Positions 56,801-64,000 of a stretch of DNA of 64,000 nucleotides are shown here, piece after piece; position 1 is the stretch's first letter; every line of letters starts with the position of its first letter. Origin of the DNA: Candidatus Pantoea superficialis. GTDB lineage: Bacteria > Pseudomonadota > Gammaproteobacteria > Enterobacterales > Enterobacteriaceae. The stretch is taken from contig DBOK01000188.1 of assembly GCA_002299595.1 (NCBI GenBank), positions 3,533-67,532 on the forward strand. Reading direction: 5' to 3'. Made by a program: the position numbers and the translations under genes. The notes under the pieces are model-generated. The model had not been told where the DNA came from. It was given only the letters and a program-made list of their open reading frames with translations, and did not search any database.

Positions 56801-57763
56801 CTACGGCGTTTCCGCGCCGTCGCCGTACAGGCTGTTGTCCGTAATCGCCTGCACGTTCACTTTATTCGGCAAGATATTGAGCTGGCTGAACAGGTCGGAT
56901 ACCCGCTGCACTTTCGCTACATCCTCCGGCGTCACGTCGCGTATCCCGTGTGAGATGCGCGCGGTAATTTTACGCGCGTCTTCCGGCGACAGGCGTGTCA
57001 GCTGCGCATAGACCTGATTGTATTCGTCAGGATGTTTCAGCGCCCAGTCGCGCGCTTTCGCCAGCCGGTGGGTAAAGTCCGCGATGGCGGCGCGTTTGGC
57101 CGGATCGTCGAGCGACGTCTGGGTGGCAGTGACGAAGGAGAGCGCGGTCGTCAGCCCTTTGCCGTCGCGCAGCAGCCGAGCGCCATGCTGTTCCGCAATG
57201 CCGAGATAGGGGTCGAAAGTCGCCCAAGCGGCGATTTGCCCGGCGTTAAAGGCGGCGCTGGCGTCGGTGGGCAACACAAAGCGCATCGGCACGCTGTCGC
57301 GCTTCACCTGCGCCTCATCCAGCGCGGCATAGAGCAGATGCTGAGAAATACTGCCGCGCGCGGAGGAGACGACCACCTGCTGCCCCGCCAGATCCTGCAC
57401 GCTGCGCAACGGCGAATCCGCTGGCACCACCAGCCCGTTCGACCCCGCATCGCCGACGTTAGTGGCGATAATCTTCAGCGGCACGCCGCCGGAGGCCGCC
57501 ATCAGCACCGGCAGGTCGCCCGCGTAGGAAGTGTCGACGGCCCCGGCGCGCTGCGCTTCAAACAGCGGCGCCGCGCCTTGAAAATTGGCCCAGCGGTAAT
57601 GATAAGGCGCGTCTTTCATTACTCCTGCGGCTTCGACCAGCGAGCGCAGATTGCGCGCCTGATCGCCCAGAACCAGCGTAACGCTGGAGAGATCCGGCGC
57701 GGCCTTGACGCTAAACGCCGCACACAGCAGCAGCGCCGACGCTATCGGTTTGAGTCTTTTCAT
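56801..57763 (-). CDS. ABC-type solute-binding protein (SsuA/NMT1-like)
   Basis: Signal peptide; WANFQGAAPLFEAQRAGAVD and AWATFDPY, both typical of SsuA-like proteins. Confidence 0.8.
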   Translation of the reverse strand: MKRLKPIASALLLCAAFSVKAAPDLSSVTLVLGDQARNLRSLVEAAGVMKDAPYHYRWANFQGAAPLFEAQRAGAVDTSYAGDLPVLMAASGGVPLKIIATNVGDAGSNGLVVPADSPLRSVQDLAGQQVVVSSARGSISQHLLYAALDEAQVKRDSVPMRFVLPTDASAAFNAGQIAAWATFDPYLGIAEQHGARLLRDGKGLTTALSFVTATQTSLDDPAKRAAIADFTHRLAKARDWALKHPDEYNQVYAQLTRLSPEDARKITARISHGIRDVTPEDVAKVQRVSDLFSQLNILPNKVNVQAITDNSLYGDGAETP

Positions 57764-57774
57764 GATGGGCGCTC

Positions 57775-58539
57775 TCAGAGTGCGTTGCGGTTCAGTTGAC
57801 GAATATAGGCATCCCAGTGCAGCAGGTATTTCCGGTTGCGTACGCCGTTCTCAAAGGTTTGCGCCACTTTCTCCGCGACCTTGTCCGGCACGATAATCAG
57901 CTCCGCTCCGCCCGACTGCGCCGCCAACTGCGCCTGGCAAGCGCGCTCCAGATAATAGAGGTTATAAAACGCCTCTTCGATGCTGCCGCCGCAGGTCAAC
58001 AGGCCGTGGTTGCGCAAAATGAGCGCGTTCAGCCGACCGAGATCGGCCACGATGCGCTGCTGTTCGTCGAGGTCGAGCGCGATGCCTTCGTAATCGTGAT
58101 AGGCGACGCGACGATGAAAGCGGCCGCTGTGCTGGGAAATCATCAGCAGCCCCTGTTTTTGCGCCGCGACGCCGATGCCCGCCGCCGTATGGGTATGCAT
58201 TACCGCATGGGCGTCAGGCCGGGCGCGATGAATGGCGCTGTGGATCACAAAGCCCGCCGGGTTGATGCCGAGGCCGGTGGGATCGTCGATGATATTGCCG
58301 TCAATATCGATTTTCACCAGCGTTTCCGGCTGGATTTCATCGAAGGTCTGGCCATAGGCGTTGATCAGGAAATGCGGCTCGTCGCCCGGCGCGCGCAGCG
58401 AAAAATGGGTGTAGATATGATCGGTCCAGCGCAGTTTCGCCGCCAGATGATAAGCTTGCGCCAGCTTAACGCGCGCCTGCCACTCCGCAGCGCTGATGCG
58501 CTGTTGCAGCGACGAAACATTCAGGGTTGTGGTGCTCAT
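57775..58539 (-). CDS. class II aldolase/adducin family protein
   Basis: IYTHFS, GFVIHSAIH, VMHTHT, LRNHG Zn-binding motifs; GGAG RBS. Confidence 0.88.
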   Translation of the reverse strand: MSTTTLNVSSLQQRISAAEWQARVKLAQAYHLAAKLRWTDHIYTHFSLRAPGDEPHFLINAYGQTFDEIQPETLVKIDIDGNIIDDPTGLGINPAGFVIHSAIHRARPDAHAVMHTHTAAGIGVAAQKQGLLMISQHSGRFHRRVAYHDYEGIALDLDEQQRIVADLGRLNALILRNHGLLTCGGSIEEAFYNLYYLERACQAQLAAQSGGAELIIVPDKVAEKVAQTFENGVRNRKYLLHWDAYIRQLNRNAL

Positions 58540-58776
58540 TTTCACTCCTCGCTTGTGCCTGACCAGGGTTTTCAGCATCCTGACACAGCGACTTTGCCGT
58601 CGGGAAATGCGAAAAAAAGCAAAACATTGTCAATAAATACAAAACGCGGTCGATAATTGACCTATATCAATTGCGTTTATGACTGAAACGCTATCCTGCA
58701 CGACCCAAAGAGGTGCTATGCTGCGCTGACTATCAGCGCTTCGCTCTGCTGGCACATCAATTTTCAGAGGATTTAC

Positions 58777-60399
58777 GTGGTGCCGCCACATCATGAAAAA
58801 CGCGACTACGGCTGGCTGCTGATCGTTTGTGCCGGACTGTTGCCGCTTCTGTTCGGCCTGATTTGCACAGTCGTTGAGGCTCGCCATACGGTGCGACAGC
58901 AGCAGGTCAACGCCGCCCATATTTTGCTGACCCAGGCGGAAAAAATGAGCGACAGCGCCTGGAATATGATCACTTCGCTGCGTCAGTACCATTATCAATC
59001 CTGCTCCGCTATTGAAACGCAGCTCCAGCGGGCAGGCACCCTGAACGCCTATTTTCGCGCTATCGGCAAGCTGGAAGGCGACAACGTCAGCTGCTCTTCC
59101 GCCTACGGCCTCAATCCCGGCACGCTGGCGCAGATGATACGACGCCCGCCGCCCGTCACCGGCAAAGCCTGGTGGAGCCTCTCTGTCGCCGGTACGGCCG
59201 GCGTGCCCGAACGCCCGGCAATGATTTTTGTGCGTCAGCTTCCTGACGGCACTGGCTTCTGGGCGATTATCGACGGCCAGTACCTGATCGATTTTATGCA
59301 GGCCATCGGCGAATCCCACGGCTATCAGCTCGCCATGCGCTTCGACAACGGCGCGCCTGTCGCGGTGGGCAAAAAAGAAGAAATGCCGAACCCGCTGTTC
59401 GCCAGCCTGCAATACGATACGCAGTCAACCCGTTATCCTATTACGCTCAGCGTGGTGGCGCCCTCTTCCGAGATGTCGCACGCCTGGCGTCAGAGCTTTT
59501 TCGTCTTTATGCCGATAACGGCCATCTTTTCCATTCTGCTGATGATGCTGACCGCCAACTGGTTGCAGCGTCGCCTCTCCTGGCGCGACGAAATACGACG
59601 CGCCATCGTTGCCCGTCAGTTTTTGGTTCACTACCAGCCGGTCTATAACAACCGCAGCCAGCGCTGCGACGGGGTAGAGGCGCTGTTGCGCTGGCGGAAG
59701 CCCAACGACGAATGGATCCGCCCGGATATTTTCATCAGCGCGGCGGAAACGGAAGGCATGATCGTGCCGCTAACCCGCCATCTGCTGGATCTGATTGCCG
59801 AAGATATGCAGAAGTGGCAGGTCAATCCCAATTTCCATCTCGGCATCAACGTGGCGGCGGAGCATCTGCAACATGCGGAATTCGTCAGTGACATTCTCGC
59901 CTTTGCTGCCAGGGTGCGCATCCATCAGCCGTTGATTACGCTGGAACTCACCGAACGCAGCCTGATTCAGGACGGTGTCGACGTGGCGCGCAAGCTGTCG
60001 CAGCTGCGCGCGCAGGGCATCAAGGTGGCGATCGACGATTTCGGCACCGGGCACTGCTCGCTCACCTATCTGCAAAATTTCCCGCTCGACTATCTCAAGA
60101 TCGATCGCGGTTTTATCAACGCCATCGAACAGCTGGATGGCGAAACGCCGGTGCTGGACGCCATCATCAACCTCAGCCATAAGCTGGCGCTGCAGGTGCT
60201 GGGCGAAGGCGTAGAGACGCGAATGCAGCTGCAATATTTGAAAAACCGCGGCGTGACCTTTATTCAGGGCTATTACTACGCCTATCCGATGGATAATGAC
60301 GCCCTGATCGCTTGGCTGAAGGTAAAAGGCGCGACGCCGCTGGATACCTCTTTCGCTACGGAAAATCAGACCCGGGTTTCGCCTGAAAAATCGGGCTAG
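58777..60399 (+). CDS. CSS-motif EAL-domain c-di-GMP phosphodiesterase
   Basis: Two TM segments around a periplasmic domain with QSC and CSS cysteines; EALLRW, LELTER, IDDFGTG, KIDR, EGVE, QGY intact. Confidence 0.9.
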   Translation: MVPPHHEKRDYGWLLIVCAGLLPLLFGLICTVVEARHTVRQQQVNAAHILLTQAEKMSDSAWNMITSLRQYHYQSCSAIETQLQRAGTLNAYFRAIGKLEGDNVSCSSAYGLNPGTLAQMIRRPPPVTGKAWWSLSVAGTAGVPERPAMIFVRQLPDGTGFWAIIDGQYLIDFMQAIGESHGYQLAMRFDNGAPVAVGKKEEMPNPLFASLQYDTQSTRYPITLSVVAPSSEMSHAWRQSFFVFMPITAIFSILLMMLTANWLQRRLSWRDEIRRAIVARQFLVHYQPVYNNRSQRCDGVEALLRWRKPNDEWIRPDIFISAAETEGMIVPLTRHLLDLIAEDMQKWQVNPNFHLGINVAAEHLQHAEFVSDILAFAARVRIHQPLITLELTERSLIQDGVDVARKLSQLRAQGIKVAIDDFGTGHCSLTYLQNFPLDYLKIDRGFINAIEQLDGETPVLDAIINLSHKLALQVLGEGVETRMQLQYLKNRGVTFIQGYYYAYPMDNDALIAWLKVKGATPLDTSFATENQTRVSPEKSG

Positions 60400-60724
60400 G
60401 CCTCTTTCCTCCTCCTCTTTTTTTCTCTTTTTTAACAGTTGCGTAACGGGCTTTTCCGGCTCGAAACGCGGCTCGTCCGTTGGGCGGCGACCTGTGGTTT
60501 CATCGGTAAAAATGGGCTACTTCGGACGAAAAATGACAAATATCAAACAAAAACGGTATACTCTGTGGCGTCAGGCGATAATTTCACTGCTAATTATTGC
60601 GATACGTGGCCCGTTCAAAGTCATCGATCGGAGCTATGCTTAAATTTCTCAACGCCGCGGTCTGAGAAGATAACGTCGGTTCGCGCCGTTGAGGACTTTC
60701 GTTTTCCGTATACAGGGTAACTCT

Positions 60725-62230
60725 ATGAAACTACGTAGGAAGCGTGTAAAACCTATCGGGCTGAGCGATGTCACTATCATCGACGACGCCCGTTTACGTA
60801 AAGCCATTACCGCAGCATCTCTGGGCAACGCGATGGAATGGTTCGATTTTGGCGTGTATGGGTTCGTTGCTTACGCGTTAGGTAAGGTCTTTTTCCCCGA
60901 TGCTTCGCCGGGCATTCAAATGATTGCGGCGTTAGCCACTTTTTCCGTTCCCTTTCTGATTCGTCCGCTGGGCGGTCTGTTCTTCGGTATGCTGGGCGAT
61001 AAATACGGTCGCCAGAAAATTCTCTCTATCACCATCGTCATCATGTCGGTGAGCACCTTCTGTATCGGGCTGATCCCCTCCTACGCATCGATAGGGATCT
61101 GGGCGCCGGTGCTGCTGCTGGTCGCCAAGATGGCGCAGGGCTTCTCGGTGGGCGGCGAATACACCGGCGCCTCTATTTTCGTTGCCGAATACTCCCCGGA
61201 CCGTAAGCGCGGCTTTATGGGAAGCTGGCTCGATTTCGGCTCGATCGCCGGTTTCGTGCTGGGCGCCGGTCTGGTGGTGCTGATCTCCACCATCGTCGGC
61301 GAAGAGAACTTCATGAGCTGGGGCTGGCGTCTGCCGTTCTTCCTTGCGCTGCCGCTGGGCATCATCGGCCTCTACCTGCGCCACGCGCTGGAAGAGACGC
61401 CGGCGTTCCAGCAGCATGTCGATAAGCTGGAACAGGGCGACCGCGACGGTCTGCGCGACGGGCCGAAGGTCTCGTTCAAAGAGATCGCCAGCAAACACTG
61501 GAAGAGCCTGCTGGCCTGTATCGGTCTGGTCATCGCAACCAACGTGACCTATTACATGCTGCTGACCTACATGCCGAGTTACCTCTCTCATAACCTGCAC
61601 TATTCCGAAGATCACGGCGTGCTGATTATCATCGCCATTATGCTTGGGATGCTGTTCGTGCAGCCGGTGATGGGGATGCTCAGCGACCGGTTCGGCCGTC
61701 GTCCGTTCGTTATCTTCGGCAGCATAGCTCTGCTGATCTTCGCCATTCCCGCCTTTATCCTGATCAACAGCGGCGTGCTTGGCCTGATTTTCGCCGGTCT
61801 GCTGCTGCTGGCGGTGATCCTGAACGCCTTTACCGGCGTGATGGCTTCTTCACTGCCCGCGATGTTCCCGACGCATATCCGCTACAGCGCGCTGGCCAGC
61901 GCCTTTAACATTTCGGTGTTGATCGCCGGCCTGACACCGACGCTGGCGGCCTGGCTGGTGGAAGCCACCAATAACCTCTATATGCCGGCCTACTACCTGA
62001 TGGTCATCGCGGTTATTGGTCTGATTACCGGTATCTATATGAAAGAGACCGCCAACAAGCCGCTATCGGGCGCGACGCCTGCGGCGTCGGATCTGGCGGA
62101 AGCGCGTGAAATCCTGCAGGAGCATCACGACAGCATTGAGCAGAAAATCGAAGATATCGATGAAGAGATCGCCAAACTGGAAGCGAAGCGACAGAATCTG
62201 GTGCATCAACATCCCCATATCAACGAGTAA
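60725..62230 (+). CDS. proP: proline/glycine betaine MFS osmotransporter (ProP/OusA)
   Basis: [23 protein letters not shown]-terminal coiled coil ending QHPHINE. Confidence 0.96.
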   Translation: MKLRRKRVKPIGLSDVTIIDDARLRKAITAASLGNAMEWFDFGVYGFVAYALGKVFFPDASPGIQMIAALATFSVPFLIRPLGGLFFGMLGDKYGRQKILSITIVIMSVSTFCIGLIPSYASIGIWAPVLLLVAKMAQGFSVGGEYTGASIFVAEYSPDRKRGFMGSWLDFGSIAGFVLGAGLVVLISTIVGEENFMSWGWRLPFFLALPLGIIGLYLRHALEETPAFQQHVDKLEQGDRDGLRDGPKVSFKEIASKHWKSLLACIGLVIATNVTYYMLLTYMPSYLSHNLHYSEDHGVLIIIAIMLGMLFVQPVMGMLSDRFGRRPFVIFGSIALLIFAIPAFILINSGVLGLIFAGLLLLAVILNAFTGVMASSLPAMFPTHIRYSALASAFNISVLIAGLTPTLAAWLVEATNNLYMPAYYLMVIAVIGLITGIYMKETANKPLSGATPAASDLAEAREILQEHHDSIEQKIEDIDEEIAKLEAKRQNLVHQHPHINE

Positions 62231-62235
62231 TGATT

Positions 62236-62271
62236 TGTCTCTCCCGCCCCCTGGCGGGAGAGACATTTTTT
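62236..62271 (+). terminator. intrinsic terminator after proP
   Basis: 13-bp stem TGTCTCTCCCGCC/GGCGGGAGAGACA followed by T6. Confidence 0.9.
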
Positions 62272-62369
62272 GCCATAAAAAATTCCCGTCACAGCACACA
62301 AACCTTCAGTGTCGCCGATTAAAAAGAGTAAACTGTCGATACTTTTTTATACTACGTGGTAAATCCGTT

Positions 62370-63347
62370 ATGTCTGATTTTTCCCTCATCCAGCGCCCAA
62401 GAAGGCTGCGTAAAAGCGCGTCGATGCGCGAACTCTTTCAGGAAAGCTCGCTGAGCCTGAACGATCTGGCTCTGCCGATTTTCGTTGAGGAAGGGGTGGA
62501 TGATTACAAAGCGATTGAAGCGATGCCGGGCGTAATGCGCATCCCGGAAAAGCGTCTGGCGTATGAGATCGAACGTATCGCCAAAGCGGGCATCCGTTCG
62601 GTGATGACGTTCGGTATTTCGCACCATACCGACGCGACCGGCAGCGACGCCTGGAATGAAAAGGGTCTGGTGGCGCGCATGTCGCGTATCTGTAAGGATA
62701 CCGTGCCGGAAATGATCGTGATGTCCGACACCTGCTTCTGCGAATATACCTCGCACGGCCACTGCGGCGTGCTGTGCGATCATGGCGTGGACAACGACGC
62801 GACGCTGATCAACCTCGGCAAGCAGGCGGTGGTCGCCGCGCAGGCGGGCGCGGACTTTATCGCGCCGTCGGCTGCGATGGACGGCCAGGTGAAAGCGATT
62901 CGTCAGGCGCTGGATGCGGCGGGCTTTACCGATACCGCCATCATGTCCTACTCCACCAAATTCGCCTCTTCGTTTTACGGCCCGTTCCGTGAGGCAGCCG
63001 GCACCGCGCTGAAGGGCGATCGTAAAACCTATCAGATGAACCCGATGAACCGCCGCGAAGCGATCCGCGAATCGCTGAACGATGCGGCGGAAGGTGCGGA
63101 TTCGCTGATGGTGAAACCGGCAGGCGCCTATCTCGACGTGCTACGCGATATCCGCGAGCGCACCGAGCTGCCGCTGGCGGCTTATCAGGTCAGCGGCGAA
63201 TACGCGATGATCAAGTTCGCCGCGCAGGCGGGCGCGATTGACGAACGCAACGTCGTGCTGGAAAGCCTGGGCGCCATCAAGCGCGCCGGCGCAGATCTGA
63301 TCTTCAGCTACTTCGCGCTCGATTTAGCCGAGCAGAAAATCCTCTAA
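62370..63347 (+). CDS. hemB: porphobilinogen synthase
   Basis: [20 protein letters not shown]n site, SYSTKF, MVKPA. Confidence 0.97.
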   Translation: MSDFSLIQRPRRLRKSASMRELFQESSLSLNDLALPIFVEEGVDDYKAIEAMPGVMRIPEKRLAYEIERIAKAGIRSVMTFGISHHTDATGSDAWNEKGLVARMSRICKDTVPEMIVMSDTCFCEYTSHGHCGVLCDHGVDNDATLINLGKQAVVAAQAGADFIAPSAAMDGQVKAIRQALDAAGFTDTAIMSYSTKFASSFYGPFREAAGTALKGDRKTYQMNPMNRREAIRESLNDAAEGADSLMVKPAGAYLDVLRDIRERTELPLAAYQVSGEYAMIKFAAQAGAIDERNVVLESLGAIKRAGADLIFSYFALDLAEQKIL

Positions 63348-63416
63348 TCCGCCTGACATCCTGCAGCGCCGCTGCAGGTTGTTCTCCTCAGTCCGCCTCC
63401 CGACTCGCTTTACGCA

Positions 63417-64000
63417 TCAACGGGCTTTCGCCAGGTCCGCGATTAGCGTCTGGTTGAACTTCTCCGGCTCTTCCATCTGCGGCGCATGGCCCATACCAGG
63501 AAACTCGATCAGATGGGCGTCAGGAATAAGTTTCGCGGTCTCTTTGCCCAATACTTTGTAGTCGCCAAGCCGCGCTTTTACCGCAGGCGAAGCGATATCG
63601 CTGCCGATGGCGGTGGTGTCTGCGGTGCCGATCATCAGCGTAGTAGGCACGGTCAGGTCTTTGAATTCATAGTAAACCGGCTGGGTGAAAATCATGTCGT
63701 AGATCAGCGCCGAGTTCCAGGCGACCTTCTCATGCCCTGGTCCGCTGTTTAACCCCGCCAGCATATCCACCCATTTGTCATATTCCGGCTTCCAGTGTCC
63801 GGCATAGTAGGTGTGCTGCTCATACTTTTTAATCCCTTCCGCGCTGGTTTTCAGTTCGCGCTGATACCACTGATCCACGCTGCGCCAGGGGGCGCCTTTC
63901 GCCTTCCAGTCCTCCAGACCGATGGGGTTGACCATCACCAGCTTTTCCGTTTCGCCCGGGTACATTAGCGCATACCGCGTCGCCAGCATGCCGCCGGTGG
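63417..64000 (-). CDS. alpha/beta-fold hydrolase (3' part; start outside the window)
   Basis: Window edge reads (S)TGGMLATRY, the nucleophile elbow; GTAD acid and MGHAPQ catalytic His. Confidence 0.85.
   Translation of the reverse strand, partial: TGGMLATRYALMYPGETEKLVMVNPIGLEDWKAKGAPWRSVDQWYQRELKTSAEGIKKYEQHTYYAGHWKPEYDKWVDMLAGLNSGPGHEKVAWNSALIYDMIFTQPVYYEFKDLTVPTTLMIGTADTTAIGSDIASPAVKARLGDYKVLGKETAKLIPDAHLIEFPGMGHAPQMEEPEKFNQTLIADLAKAR

Overview
A GC-rich enterobacterial core-chromosome segment (gene content suggests Erwiniaceae, e.g. Pantoea/Mixta; inference), largely syntenic with the E. coli malP-glpD-glg-gnt-ggt-ugp-liv-rpoH-ftsYEX-yhh region. Contents in order: malP (partial), glpREG, glpD, yhgN, asd, glgBXCAP, gntUKR, yhhW, RyhB, yhhY, ggt, yhhA, a damaged ugp operon, livFGMH plus one binding protein, panM, rpoH, ftsXEY, rsmD, yhhLMN, an unknown secreted protein, tusA, yhhQ with a preQ1-I riboswitch, dcrB, a ~12 kb myo-inositol (iol) cluster, yhhS, yhhT, a lone solute-binding protein plus class II aldolase pair, a CSS-EAL phosphodiesterase, proP, hemB and a partial alpha/beta hydrolase. 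No prophage, IS, CRISPR array or defence system is visible. The clearest anomaly is an in-frame ugpE'-'ugpQ fusion that has deleted ugpC. Other points of note: the yhgN-asd-glg block is inverted relative to E. coli; malT and zntA are absent from their usual positions; two palindromic MITE-like elements are present (one YPAL-like with GGA loops, one ERIC-like); and the binding-protein/aldolase pair has no permease and is the best candidate for an uncharacterised system. All calls come from reading the sequence and from recalled family knowledge; no database searches were run.
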